This document shows, piece by piece, positions 1 to 11,009 of a stretch of 64,000 nt of DNA. The DNA lies in contig CAVUHW010000027.1 in assembly GCA_963741205.1 (NCBI GenBank), positions 135,894-199,893 on the forward strand, read 5' to 3'. Below the pieces are notes generated by a model that saw only the letters and a program-made list of their open reading frames with translations, ran no database searches and had not been told where the DNA came from. The stretch's first letter is position 1. Each line of letters begins with the position of its first letter. This DNA is from Nitrospirota bacterium. Lineage in GTDB: Bacteria > Nitrospirota > UBA9217. Position numbers and translations under genes: made by a program.

Positions 1-1
1 C

Positions 2-649
2 GCCAGCATTGCCCACGCCGAGCAGATCGGCGTCAAGAATATTTCCGTATATGCTGCGTTCAAGCTTGTTCCGCCCGCACTTCGGGCGCTGCTCGATTCT
101 CCCGACGTGCAAGTGGACGGTTTTATCCTCCCCGGCCATGTCAGTACGATCATCGGCAAAAAACCGTACGAGTTTGTCGCCGCGCAGTACCGGATACCGT
201 CGGTCATCACAGGGTTCGAAGCAAAGGAAATCATCGAGGGAATTCTCATGATCGTGAGGCAGATCGTGCAGAAGAGAGCGGCGGTCGAGATCCAGTACCG
301 GAGCGTGGTACGGGAGGAAGGCAATCCCCGCGCCGTCGAACTCCTGGACCGGTATTTCGAGCCCGCTGACGCCTACTGGCGGGGGATCGGCGTTATTCCC
401 GGGAGCGGCCTCAAACTAAGGGAGCGGTATTCCGCATTCGACGCAAATAAAAAATTCAACCCTCCTGTTTCCGATGCCGTAGAGCCGGAGCTCTGCTCCT
501 GCGGCGACATTCTGCGGGGCGTAAAAATACCGACGGAATGCGCGCTCTTCGGCACGGGCTGCACGCCGGACGCCCCCGTCGGACCCTGCATGGTCAGCAC
601 CGAAGGGAGCTGTGCGGCGTACTTCAAATACGGAAATTATCATGGATAG
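2..649 (+). CDS. hypD: Hydrogenase maturation protein HypD (5' truncated by window edge)
   Basis: Open from base 2 into ORF 107..649; motifs [42 protein letters not shown]. Confidence 0.95.
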   Translation, partial: ASIAHAEQIGVKNISVYAAFKLVPPALRALLDSPDVQVDGFILPGHVSTIIGKKPYEFVAAQYRIPSVITGFEAKEIIEGILMIVRQIVQKRAAVEIQYRSVVREEGNPRAVELLDRYFEPADAYWRGIGVIPGSGLKLRERYSAFDANKKFNPPVSDAVEPELCSCGDILRGVKIPTECALFGTGCTPDAPVGPCMVSTEGSCAAYFKYGNYHG

Positions 650-1641
650 AATTCTTCTCGGTCATGGCAGCGGCGGCAAGCTCATGCATGAGCTGATCCG
701 CGAGCACTTCAGCCCCGCCTTCGGCATCGCGGGGGCCGGCGATTCCGCCGTCATCAACGTTCCCACCGGCCGGCTTGCCTACACGACCGATTCCTACGTG
801 GTAACGCCGCTGTTCTTTCCCGGCGGCAATATCGGAGAACTGGCGGTGAACGGCACGGTGAACGACCTTGCCGTCTCCGGCGCCGAACCGCTGTATCTTA
901 CGGCGGGGTTCGTCATCGAAGAAGGCTTTCTTCTGTCCGACCTTGAAAAGATCGTCTGCTTCCATGTCCGCCGCCGCTAGAAAGGCCGGCGTCAGGATCG
1001 TAGCGGGCGATACCAAAGTGGTGAACAAAGGCAAGGCGGACGGAATCTTCATCAATACCTCGGGCATTGGAACGCTCCCCGATGGCAGGAACATCTCGGC
1101 CATCCGGGATCAAAAAGGGAGACAAGGTCATCATCAGCGGAGAGATCGGCTGCCATGGCGTTGCCGTCCTCGCCGAGAGAAACGGCCTTACGTTCGAACC
1201 GCCCATCATCAGTGACACGCGCGCTCTGAATGGGCTTGTGCGCGCCATGTACGGTGTAACCGCTGCAAATCAGGTTCATGCGCGACCCCACCCGGGGAGG
1301 TCTTGCCACGACGCTGAAAGAAGCGGCCCTTGAATCAGGCCTCTGCATCCGCATTCGCGAACAGTCCCTGCCGGTACCCTCGGGCGTGAAGGGCGCTTGC
1401 GGCCTCCTCGGTCTCGACCCCCTGTATGTGGCGAATGAAGGGATCCTGATCGCTATTGTAGAAAACACCGTAGCCGAATCTCTTGTTGCCGCAATGAGAC
1501 AACAGGAGCATGGGCGTCATGCGGCGATCATCGGAGAGGTTGCGGATACTCCCGTCCGGCATGGTCCTGCTCGAAACCGCCATCGGCGGTAACCGCATCA
1601 TCGACATGCTCCAGGGAGAACAGCTCCCCAGGATCTGCTGA
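642..1641 (+). CDS. hypE: Hydrogenase maturation protein HypE (several apparent frameshifts)
   Basis: [41 protein letters not shown] and the C-terminal PRIC are spread over ORFs 612..980, 868..1215, 1067..1333, 1278..1592 and a final frame ending TGA at 1641. Confidence 0.93.
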
Positions 1642-1666
1642 AAAGCATCGTTTCACCACCTTTTTT

Positions 1667-1744
1667 GTCATGCCTGCGAAAGCAGGCATCCATTGGCTTT
1701 TTAAAGATAGCTTCAAAATGGATTCCCGCTTTCGCGGGAATGAC
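1667..1744. repeat. GTCATTCC(C)G...GGAATCCA-type palindromic doublet, copy 1
   Basis: GTCATGCCTGCGAAAGCAGGCATCCA ... TGGATTCCCGCTTTCGCGGGAATGAC; related copies at 29186 and 44073. Confidence 0.85.
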
Positions 1745-1781
1745 GACCTTTTGCACTTATCGTTCACTCCTTAGCTAATCT

Positions 1782-3104
1782 ATGCAGAACAACATCCGAA
1801 GACAAGTCTTCTCCCTCGCCCTCCCCGTAGTCCTTTCCAGCCTTCTCCAGCGGTCCGTCGGCATCGTGGATATCTTTCTCGTAGGCGGCCTGGGCGCGTC
1901 CTCCATCGCCGCGGTCGGGATCGCGCAGGTTATGGTTTTCGCCGTCATGAGCCTCTCCTGGGGCATCAACATCGGCGTCACCGTTCTCGTTTCTCAATTA
2001 TGGGGCGCGGATAGAAAAGGCGATGCCGCAAAAGCCGCGTACCAGGCGATGCTGCTCGCAGTCGTTGCCGCCGTCTTCATTACGGCCCTCGGGCTCTTAT
2101 ACGGCGGTGGCGTCGCCGCGCTCCTGGGCGCCCAGGCGGAGGTCCAGGGGATTCTTTCGGACTACGCAAGTATCATCTTCACGTTCATCCTCTTTACCAT
2201 TTCCATCAATGTCCTCGCAGGGATCATGCACGGTACGGGGGATACGAAAACGCCGCTCTATGCCACCTTGATAGTGAATATCCTTCACGTGGTCGTTGCC
2301 TATCCGCTGATCTACGGTTACCTGGGATTCCCGAAGCTCGGCGTTAAGGGCGCAGCCATCGCCATCGCCGTATCCGAGTGCCTGGGGGCGACGTTCCTGT
2401 TCGTCCGCTCTTTGCACAAACGGTATATCGTCGTCAGCAGAGAAATTGAAAAGAAATATACCGTCATGATCATCAAGCTGGGGTATCCTATCTTCATAGA
2501 CCGGCTGCTTCAGAACGCGGGGTCCCTGGCCTTCGCGAAAGTAATCCTGCTCTACGGCACGGCCGTGTATGCGGCCCACCAGGTAGGCCTGGCCATCGAA
2601 GCGTTCTCGTTCATGCCTGGCTACGGCATCGCCGTGGCGGCAGCGACCATGGTAGGCCAGAATCTCGGGGCGGGAAAGCCGGAGCATGCGAGAATTTCCG
2701 CTTACGAGGCGAACCGGTTTGCGGTCATACTCATGGCCGCGATGGGCCTGATATTCTTTTTCTTCCCCTACGGGCTCCTCCGCGCCTTCACGAGTGACCC
2801 GGAGGTGATCAAATACGGCATCCTCTACATGAAGATCGTGGCCTTTGCCCAGGTCCCTCTTGCTATTACCATGGTGGTCGGAGGATCGCTCCGGGGAGCA
2901 GGGGACACGGGATTCATCATGTTCGCGACCATTGCGGGTATGTGGCTCGTGCGCATACCCGCTGCGGCGCTGCTTGCAACGGTGTTCAAGGCTGAAATCC
3001 GGTTTGTCTGGTCGGTGATGATCGTCGACTGGCTTGTAAGGATGACGTTGCTTTTCTGGCGGTACCGGAAAGAAAGCTGGGGAAGACTTGAAAATATAAA
3101 ATGA
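1782..3104 (+). CDS. MATE family efflux transporter
   Basis: Polytopic hydrophobic protein with GDTKTP, LGVKGAAIA, VGQNLGAG, LRGAGDT motifs. Confidence 0.92.
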   Translation: MQNNIRRQVFSLALPVVLSSLLQRSVGIVDIFLVGGLGASSIAAVGIAQVMVFAVMSLSWGINIGVTVLVSQLWGADRKGDAAKAAYQAMLLAVVAAVFITALGLLYGGGVAALLGAQAEVQGILSDYASIIFTFILFTISINVLAGIMHGTGDTKTPLYATLIVNILHVVVAYPLIYGYLGFPKLGVKGAAIAIAVSECLGATFLFVRSLHKRYIVVSREIEKKYTVMIIKLGYPIFIDRLLQNAGSLAFAKVILLYGTAVYAAHQVGLAIEAFSFMPGYGIAVAAATMVGQNLGAGKPEHARISAYEANRFAVILMAAMGLIFFFFPYGLLRAFTSDPEVIKYGILYMKIVAFAQVPLAITMVVGGSLRGAGDTGFIMFATIAGMWLVRIPAAALLATVFKAEIRFVWSVMIVDWLVRMTLLFWRYRKESWGRLENIK

Positions 3105-3155
3105 TTCGAGATTTGTCGGATTGCGGAATGACGATTGAAAGAATAAGGAGGCTCT

Positions 3156-3374
3156 ATGCCTGATATTCAGAGTATGATCGGGAAGGAAGTAGAAGTCATC
3201 GCGAACGGGATGCGTTATACCGGCGTGTTGATAGAGGTCTCGGACGTCGAGGTGCACCTCAAAGGACCCTACCAGTGGATAGCGCTTCCCGTGTCATCGG
3301 TGAGCGAGGTGAAACTCAAAGAGGGTGTGAGGCCGGAGCCCGACCGGTTTAGCGACTGGGGGAAGGGTGAGTAG
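3156..3374 (+). CDS. Small hypothetical protein, possible Sm/LSm-like beta fold
   Basis: RBS AAGGAGG upstream; IGKEVEV..NG..YTGVLIEV pattern resembles Sm-like domains. Confidence 0.6.
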   Translation: MPDIQSMIGKEVEVIANGMRYTGVLIEVSDVEVHLKGPYQWIALPVSSVSEVKLKEGVRPEPDRFSDWGKGE

Positions 3375-3376
3375 CG

Positions 3377-4737
3377 TCACGCCGTCTCGATCCTGAGTTT
3401 CTTCAGCTTCCGGTAAAGCGTGGCAAGGTCGATCCCCAGATTGCTCGGCTGTTGCTTCTTTGTTCCCCTTATTCTCCGCGAGGCTGCGGCGAATGTACTC
3501 CCGCTCGAATTCATCAAGCGCCTGCCGGAGCGACGACGTCGAGACCCCTTCGATGTCAAGCGTTCTGAACTTGTCCGGCAGGTCGTGCATGGTGATCATC
3601 TCACCGTCGGCGAGCACGGTCGCGCGCTCGATCGTGTTCCGGAGCTCCCGGATATTTCCCGGCCAGTCGTAGGCAAGCAGGGACTGCATGGCCTCATAGT
3701 CGATGTCCTTGATATTCTTCTCCGCTTCCTTCGCGGCGATGCCCAGGTAGTGCTTGATCAGGAGCGGGATGTCGTCGCGCCGCTCGCGAAGGGAGGGCAT
3801 GTGGATCTCGATCACGTTCAGCCGGTAATAGAGGTCCTCCCGAAACCGGTTCTCCTTTACCCGCTGCATCAGGTCGGCGTTCGTCGCCGCGATGATCCTG
3901 ACGTCCACGGTGATGACGCGCGTATCTCCCACGGGAGTGAGTTCCTTCGTCTGGATGACATGGAGGAGCTTTACCTGCAGCGCCTGCGGCAGCTCACCGA
4001 TTTCGTCCAGGAACAGGGTGCCGCCGTTCGCCATCGTGATGAGCCCCTTCTTGTCCTCATTCGCCGAGGTGAAGGCGCCTTTCTTGTGCCCGAAAAGCTC
4101 GCTTTCCAGCAGGTTTTCCGGGATGGCCCCGCAATTGATGGAGATGAACGGTTTGTCCTTGCGCGGCCCCGCCTCGTGGATCGCCTGCGCCACGAGCCCT
4201 TTCCCGGTCCCGCTCTCGCCGGTGATCAGGATGTTGCTCTTGTTCGGGATCACCTTTTCCATGAAGGTAAAGACCTTCTGCATGGGCTCTGAGTTCCCGA
4301 TGATGTTGACGAAGGCGTCGCGCCGCTGGCTCAGTTCCTGGCGCAGGATCTCGTTTTCCATCCGGAGGTCGCGGCTTTGGAGCAGGCGTTTGATCGTCAG
4401 CCTGATTTCGTCGTTGAGGAAAGGTTTCGTGATGTAATCGGCGGCGCCGGCGCGCATCGCCTCGACGGCGGATCCGACCGACGCAAAAGCGGTCATCATG
4501 ATGACAGCCGTCTCGGGGCTGATCTTCTGCGCCTGCTTCAGGACCTCGAAGCCGTCCATTTTTTCCATCTTGATGTCGGTCATGACGACATCGAAGTTCT
4601 CCTGTCTTGATCCGCTCGACGGCCTGTTCGCCGTTGTACGCCTCCTTGACGGAATAACCCTCCTTGGTAAGAAGAATATTCAAGGCCATGCAGATGTCCT
4701 TCTCATCGTCGACGATCAGGATGTTCGCTTTTTCCAT
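3377..4737 (-). CDS. Sigma-54-dependent response regulator (REC-AAA+-Fis HTH), frameshifted
   Basis: ILIVDDE receiver; GESGTGK, ESELFGHKKGAFTSA, LFLDEIGE, WPGNIREL; C-terminal LGIDLATLYRKL; split across three ORFs. Confidence 0.93.
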
Positions 4738-4784
4738 GGACGCTCCTTCGTATTGAGCTTCAAGCTATGCTCGATCCTCTCACG

Positions 4785-7028
4785 TTACGCATCAACTTCA
4801 ACCGGGAGCACGATGGTGAAGACCGTGCCTTTTCCGACTTCGCTTTCAACCTGGATATCGCCTTTAAAACGCCTGACGATGTCGTAGCTCAGGGAAAGGC
4901 CGAGGCCGGTGCCTTTGCCGGCCTCCTTGGTCGTGTAGAAAGGATCGAAGATTTTCTGAATATCGGACCGGGGGATTCCCGTTCCGCTGTCGGCGAAGGA
5001 TACCATGATGGCTTCGTTGCCCTGGTCGTCGCGCCCCCGCCGCGTGACGACGCTCAAGGTGCCGCCGTCGGGCATGGCATCGAGGGCGTTGATGATGATA
5101 TTGATGAAGACCTGGGATCATCTGTCCTTCGTCGACCAGGACTTTGGGGAGTTCCGGATCGAAGGACATGGTGATTGCAACCGAGCTTTTCATGCGTTTG
5201 TCGAGACGCATGAGATCGAGTGTCGCATTCAGGACGTCGTTCAGCTGGACGCTCCTTGATGGTGAGCGATCCGCCCGGGCGAAGGTCGCCATGCGGCGGA
5301 CGATGTCCGTTATTCTCTGGATGTGCGTGTTGATGATTTCCAGGCTTTTCTGGGTAAACTCGTCCTGTCGCCATCTCTTGCATCATCTGGGCAAAGGAGG
5401 AGATGGAAGTGAGCGGATTGCCGATCTCATGAGCCACACCGGCCGCGAGCCTGCCCAGGGCTGCGAGCTTCTCGGAATGGAGGACCTGCTGCTCCAGCTT
5501 CTTCGTCGTGGCCGTACCCTTGTCCACCTTGTCCTCGAGTTCTACGGTATATTGTTTGAGCGCCTCTTCCAGCTGCACTCGCTTGGTCACGTCGTTGCTC
5601 GTGATCAGGATGCCGGGGGTCTTTCCGTCGACCAGGAGCGGACTGATAGTCATGGTGAAATACATGGGGGACTGCTGCAGTCCCGTAACCTTGTAGTCGC
5701 GGAGTTCGAAGGTGCGGCCTTCCAGCGCTTTCTGCAGGATGGCCTCGAGCGGAATCCCTTCATAGGGGGCGAGGCCGCCGGGGAAGAGGGGGAAGAACGG
5801 TTTGCCGATGATCTCCAGCTTGCGAAGGCCGAGGGTCCTCGCCTGCGCCGAGTTCGCCGTCCGGACGATAAGTTCCTTGTCGAGGACCATGAGGTTCGTT
5901 ATGGTGTTTTCAATGATGTTTTCGAGGTAGATCTTCGAGATTTCGATCTCCCGTTCCAGCCTGCGCTGATTTTCGAGGTGTTTCTCCTTTTCCTCCACTT
6001 TGATCTTCTTTTTATACGTCACGACAATGGCTGCGGAGGCGGTGAGCGTCGTGATGAAAATGGCGAGGATCAGGAGGGAATAAAAAAGCCTGCTCTTCTG
6101 CATGAGCGCGATGACGTCCGAGTAGGGCGCGGAGACGACGACGATCCAGGATTTCAGCGCGATCGGAAATTTATAAAATGCCGCAAGCTTGTTTTCACCT
6201 CCCGGGGCTTCATAGTAGCCGAAGGTTTCCTCCCTGCCCTCGATCATCTTCTTCTCCATGTCGAAGGATTTGTGGCACTGGAAACAGGACTTGTTCGGTC
6301 CGGTAGAGATTTTTGCCCACCATCTGCGGCTGCATGGGATGGTAGAGCAGGGTGCCATCGCTGTCCATCATCCAGGCATAGCCGCGCGTGCCCGACTTGA
6401 CGGGAGCAAGGTAGCGCTCCGTAATGCCTTCCATCGAGAGCACGGCAAGCACGGCCCCGTTGAATTCCGGCGCAGCTTGATTCTTCGTCTGACGGTAGAT
6501 GGGGACGGCCACGATGAATTCTTTGGTATCCTCGCCGGGACTATGGATGTCGAGCAGGTCGGTGACCAGCTTTTCGTTCTTGGGGAGAACCCGCGTCTTT
6601 TTGAAGTAATCGGTCTTCGAGAGGTCCACTCGCTCCCTGCCGGGATAGGCGCTGTCGTAGCGTACGATGCCTTCACGGTCGAGTATGCGGATCGTGACGA
6701 GCGCTTCGTTCCGGAGGCTGAAGTTGATCGACTCTACGGCGCTGCGGCTTTGCTGACTGAGATGAACGCGATCGATGTCGGGAAGCTGGGCAATGATGCG
6801 GATGTTCTTGTACACGTGGTCGATGAGACTTTCGATGTTCATCGCCACTTGGCGCGACAGGAGGAGCTGCTGCGCGTTGAACTGGTCCGCCATCTCCTCC
6901 TGGAGGGACTGATGGAAAAACTGCCCGAGGATGATAATGACGGAAAGGACAACGATGAGGGCAAAAATAAACCCGGTGGAGGCGAGGAGTTCCTTTTGCC
7001 GGAGCGAACGGATAATGCGTTGAAACAT
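4785..7028 (-). CDS. Membrane sensor histidine kinase (TM-Cache with CxxCH-TM-PAS-HisKA-HATPase), frameshifted
   Basis: GYAWMMDSDGTLLYHP Cache signature; SCFQCH; EKLAALGRLAAGVAHEIGNPL H-box; DSGTGI, FDPFYTTK, GTGLGLS. Confidence 0.9.
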
Positions 7029-7033
7029 AGGAT

Positions 7034-7062
7034 AATTTAAAGCTAATAACCGCGAAAGTCAA
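7034..7062 (-). promoter_or_regulatory. Putative sigma70 promoter of the kinase-regulator pair
   Basis: TTGACT-N17-TAAATT on the minus strand a few bases before the ATG (possibly leaderless). Confidence 0.5.
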
Positions 7063-7139
7063 GTGGTTAACGCCGGGGTTGTGGCATGACCTCTCTCCGT
7101 CGGGAAACGGGAACAGCCGGGGAGGTCAAGAGGGCGAAG

Positions 7140-7511
7140 TCAAGAACCGAATATTTTTTTTACCTTGGCCAGAACTTCCATGGGGCTGAAGGGCTTAATG
7201 ATGTATTCATCCGCGCCGACGCTCCGGCCGCGCTCCTGTTCCGCCGACTGTCCCTTGGCGGTCAGCATGATCACGTAGATGCCTTTGAGGTCGGGGTCGC
7301 TCTTGATGATCCGGCAAACCTCATAGCCGCTCATTTCGGGCATCATGATATCGAGAAAGAGTATATCAGGACGGATGTCGCTGGCTTTTGCCAACGCTTC
7401 AGCGCCGTCTTTGGCCAGCCAGAGCTTGTATCCTTCATCTTCGAGAAGATAGGTGAGAGCTTCCCTGATGTTTTCGTTATCGTCGGCTATGAGAATTTTT
7501 TTTTGCGTCAT
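7140..7511 (-). CDS. Single-domain response regulator (receiver)
   Basis: KILIADD, LFLDIMMPEMSG, IMLTAKG, YIIKPF. Confidence 0.92.
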   Translation of the reverse strand: MTQKKILIADDNENIREALTYLLEDEGYKLWLAKDGAEALAKASDIRPDILFLDIMMPEMSGYEVCRIIKSDPDLKGIYVIMLTAKGQSAEQERGRSVGADEYIIKPFSPMEVLAKVKKIFGS

Positions 7512-7552
7512 GTGATCGAGGGAATGCCGGAAATATTTGCAAACTGAAAAAG

Positions 7553-7581
7553 AGATTAACGTCAAAATATTTATTTGTCAA
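7553..7581 (-). promoter_or_regulatory. Putative sigma70 promoter of the receiver gene
   Basis: TTGACA-N17-TAATCT on the minus strand. Confidence 0.55.
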
Positions 7582-7680
7582 GCGGGAAATAGCGGAAAAT
7601 AGACGGAAATATTAAAGTTGCAAAGGGAAGCATTCACGTGTACAATTTTGTCGCGTTCAGATTATAACGAGGTGCATAAC

Positions 7681-9066
7681 GTGGACTTTGACGTCGATTA
7701 TGCCGCAGTACTGAAAAAGGCCCTCTCCGGAGGCGGCGTATACGCCGATATTTTTATCGAGCGGAGTTCCTCCTTTTCCCTGGTCTGCGAGGACAGCAGG
7801 ATCGAAAAGGCCGTTTCCGGTCTCGATCTTGGCGCGGGGGTGCGCCTGATCTTCGAACACCGGACGGCCTATGCCTACACTAACGACATCTCGACGGCAT
7901 CCCTCCTTGAGACAGCCGACGCAGTTCGGCAGGCGGCGCGCGGGGAGTCTTCTCCTGACGACATCAACCTTTGCAGAAAACAGCCCCGCTTCGATTTTGC
8001 CGTATTAAAAGCACCGGAGGACGTCGATGCTGCCCGGAAGGCCGAGATGGTGCTCCGGGCGGACAGGGTGGCACGCTCGTTCGACCGGCGCATCAGACAG
8101 GCGCTCGTTTCCTATCGAGAGCATCTCCAGCAGGTCCTGATCGCGACTTCCGACGGCCTCATTGCCCAGGACGACCGCAGGTACCTGACGGCGCTCGTGC
8201 ATGTCGTGGCTGCGGAAGGGGAGGCGGTGCAGACGGGATACGAACCCGTGGGGGGAAACACGGGCATGGAGCTCTTCGACCATGCTCCCCTCGAAGGAGC
8301 GGCGGAGACGGCGGCCCGCCGCGCCGTGATGATGCTGTCCGCGCGCAAGGCGCCGGCGGGAAGAATGCCGGTGGTCCTTTCCTCCGAGGCCGGCGGCACC
8401 ATGATCCACGAGGCCGTCGGGCACGGCCTGGAGGCCGACCTTGCGCAGTCGGGGCTGTCGGTATATTCAAACCGGCTGGGCGAGCGGATTGCCTCGCCGC
8501 TTATCACCGTGCTTGACGACGCGACGCTCCCGGGAAGGCGCGGGTCCTTTCGATTCGACGACGAGGGCATGGACGCCGAACGCACGGTTCTGGTCGATCA
8601 AGGCATCCTCAAAACATTCATGTACGACAGGCTGACGGCCATGAAAGACAGTGCCCGCTCGACCGGCAACGGCAGGCGCGAATCCTACAAGCATCGTCCG
8701 ATTCCAAGGATGACAAATACCATGATCGCGCCTGGCGCGTCGGACCCCGGGGAGATCCTCCGGGAAACCCCGCGCGGCCTTTTCGTCAGAAAGATGGGAG
8801 GCGGACAGGTCAATACGGTGAATGGAGATTTTGTCTTCGAGGTGAGCGAGGGATATCTGATCGAAAACGGAAAGCTCGGCGAGCCGGTGCGGGGGGCGAA
8901 CTTGACGGGGAACGGACCGCAGGTGCTCGCATCCATCGACAGAGTCGGGTCCGATCTTGGTTTTTCCATCGGCACCTGCGGAAAAGACGGGCAGGGGTCA
9001 CCGGTTGGCGACGCCCAGCCGACGCTCAGGATACCGGAGATCACGGTGGGGGGAGAAGTCGCATAG
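7681..9066 (+). CDS. tldD: TldD/PmbA family metalloprotease (TldD-type)
   Basis: HEAVGHGLEAD (HExxxH), FDDEG, PRMTNT, CGKDGQ..PVGDAQPT; GTG start after GAGGTG. Confidence 0.92.
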   Translation: MDFDVDYAAVLKKALSGGGVYADIFIERSSSFSLVCEDSRIEKAVSGLDLGAGVRLIFEHRTAYAYTNDISTASLLETADAVRQAARGESSPDDINLCRKQPRFDFAVLKAPEDVDAARKAEMVLRADRVARSFDRRIRQALVSYREHLQQVLIATSDGLIAQDDRRYLTALVHVVAAEGEAVQTGYEPVGGNTGMELFDHAPLEGAAETAARRAVMMLSARKAPAGRMPVVLSSEAGGTMIHEAVGHGLEADLAQSGLSVYSNRLGERIASPLITVLDDATLPGRRGSFRFDDEGMDAERTVLVDQGILKTFMYDRLTAMKDSARSTGNGRRESYKHRPIPRMTNTMIAPGASDPGEILRETPRGLFVRKMGGGQVNTVNGDFVFEVSEGYLIENGKLGEPVRGANLTGNGPQVLASIDRVGSDLGFSIGTCGKDGQGSPVGDAQPTLRIPEITVGGEVA

Positions 9067-9099
9067 AACAAATTCTTAAGTAAGGAATCAACACCTTGA

Positions 9100-9193
9100 C
9101 GCCGCGAAGGCGCTAATGTCGCGAAGGAGAGCAAAAGATTCTTTCGGTTTTAAAAACGCGCATCAAGGATTCTCTTTGCGGCCTTCGTGCCTG
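9100..9193. repeat. CGC(G/A)AAG 9-mer-type inverted repeat doublet (degenerate)
   Basis: CGCGAAGGCGCTAATGTCGCGAAGGAGA ... TCTCTTTGCGGCCTTCGTGCCT. Confidence 0.6.
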
Positions 9194-9243
9194 GTAAATT
9201 ATCTTTCCATTCTGATCTGAGTAAAAATAGCTCCTCACTGACT

Positions 9244-9732
9244 ATGATACGCACGGCAATCATAACCTTAAGCGACAAGGGCTCAAAAGGCGAGCGGGTG
9301 GACGAGAGCGGGCAAGTCATCCGCGAGATGATAGCAAGCATCGGCGCCGTCGTCAATCACTACGAAATTCTTCCCGATGTAAAAGAGCTTATCGTCGAGG
9401 AGCTGAAACTCCTGTCCGATTCCTGCACGGTAGACCTCATCATCACCACCGGCGGCACCGGCGTGGCTCCCCGAGATGTGACGCCGGAAGCGACACTCGC
9501 CGTCATCGACCGCGAACTTCCCGGCATGGCCGAGGCCATGCGCTCCGAGAGCCTCAAGAAAACACCCAACGCCATGATTTCACGCGCCGTCGCGGGCATC
9601 AGAAGACAGACGCTCATCGTGAACCTCCCCGGCAGCCCCAGGGCGGTGCGTGAAAACCTCGCTGTGGTTCTTCCTGCGCTTCCTCATGCGATTGAGAAAA
9701 TCAAAGGCGACCCGTCTGACTGCGGGAGATAA
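9244..9732 (+). CDS. mog: MogA/MoaB molybdopterin adenylyltransferase
   Basis: ITLSDKG..R.DESG, TTGGTGVAPRDVTPEAT, NLPGSPRAV. Confidence 0.93.
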   Translation: MIRTAIITLSDKGSKGERVDESGQVIREMIASIGAVVNHYEILPDVKELIVEELKLLSDSCTVDLIITTGGTGVAPRDVTPEATLAVIDRELPGMAEAMRSESLKKTPNAMISRAVAGIRRQTLIVNLPGSPRAVRENLAVVLPALPHAIEKIKGDPSDCGR

Positions 9733-10129
9733 TTGAAGACAGTTGTTTGGAAGATGGGGCGCGATGTGCGTGTCAGAGCCAGCCTGCTGAAACTTATCCG
9801 GACGTAATACCTTCTAACGAGCTGAATCTTAAAAACCAAATTTGTTATCAATATGTTTAGCATATTTATCCTCCTTCGCAGCTTCATTTGGTAACTCCCA
9901 GTCCGTTTTTTTATAATTTAAATTCATTAATATCTCTTAAATAACAGTAAAATAATGGCTTTGATTTAACAACTTACTTCAACTTTATGGTCAGCCTCTA
10001 CTGTCATTAAACCCTTCTTAATTACAGTTAAAGTGCATACAATAATAAAACAAGCCGCAACTCTTCTAAGCTAAACTTTGAATCGACAAAAGAGATAAAC
10101 TTTCAGCGAGCCTACGAGCCGCCTTTCCG

Positions 10130-10158
10130 TTGACAATCCAGGATAGATAGTATAAAAT
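10130..10158 (+). promoter_or_regulatory. Putative sigma70 promoter
   Basis: TTGACA-N17-TAAAAT upstream of the Yip1 gene. Confidence 0.6.
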
Positions 10159-10236
10159 TTCGACACTCAAACGCCGGATTCTGTTATGTTCCCGGTGATG
10201 CCGCTTGGCCCGTCACCATCATCATGAGGAGTTTGC

Positions 10237-10989
10237 ATGTTTTGTCCCCACTGCGGTAAAGAAATATCTGAAGGCCAGGCATTCTGCCCGCACTGCGGCA
10301 TGCGGCTTGGAGAACCCGCGCCGCTCCCATCCGGAGGAAGAACAAGGACTCCCTGGGAGGACCGCGAGAACGTCGGCTTCCTCTCCGGCTTATTCAAGAC
10401 CCTGAAAGAAGTCCTTTTCGCGCCCTCGGACTTCTTCAGGAAGATGCCCGTGACCGGCGGGTTGACGGACCCGCTGCTCTATGCGCTGATCATCGGCATG
10501 GCGGGCCTGATGTTTTTTTATTTTTGGGACACCCTGCTCCATGATTCCATGCAGCATTTCATGACCCGTGAACTTCGGGACGTGTCTGAGCGAGGCATGT
10601 TCAGGGATCAGGGCCCTTTCGCGACAGCCCTGACTCCTTTTTTACTCATCCTCTGGCTCTTTGTCGCATCCGGCCTACTCCACGTGTTTCTCCTCCTGGT
10701 TCGAGGCGCAAAGGCCGGCTTTGAGGCGACATTCCGGGTTGTGGGATACAGTTTATCGCCCTTTGTCTTCCTGATTATCCCGGTCTGCGGCATGCCGGTC
10801 ACGGCATTGTGGAGCATAACGCTTGCCGTCATCGGCCTCAAGGAAGCGCACGAGACGTCGGGCGGTAAGGCGGTTGTAGCAATTCTTTTTCCCTTCCTTC
10901 TCTGCTGCGGCATTCTCACTGCGACCATAATGGTATTCATGGGCGCCATAGCGGCGTCCTTCGGCAGCATGATGCATGGGTATTGGTAG
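10237..10989 (+). CDS. Zinc-ribbon plus Yip1-domain membrane protein
   Basis: MFCPHCG..FCPHCG N-terminus; TPWE, P..FFR, FEATFRVVGYS, GLKEAH; several TM segments. Confidence 0.8.
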   Translation: MFCPHCGKEISEGQAFCPHCGMRLGEPAPLPSGGRTRTPWEDRENVGFLSGLFKTLKEVLFAPSDFFRKMPVTGGLTDPLLYALIIGMAGLMFFYFWDTLLHDSMQHFMTRELRDVSERGMFRDQGPFATALTPFLLILWLFVASGLLHVFLLLVRGAKAGFEATFRVVGYSLSPFVFLIIPVCGMPVTALWSITLAVIGLKEAHETSGGKAVVAILFPFLLCCGILTATIMVFMGAIAASFGSMMHGYW

Positions 10990-11009
10990 GTAAACTCATA
11001 GTTTACGGT

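Noticed and set aside
7681-9066. TldD without adjacent TldE as a RiPP maturation locus
   Set aside because: No precursor or YcaO genes nearby; tldD and tldE are often unlinked
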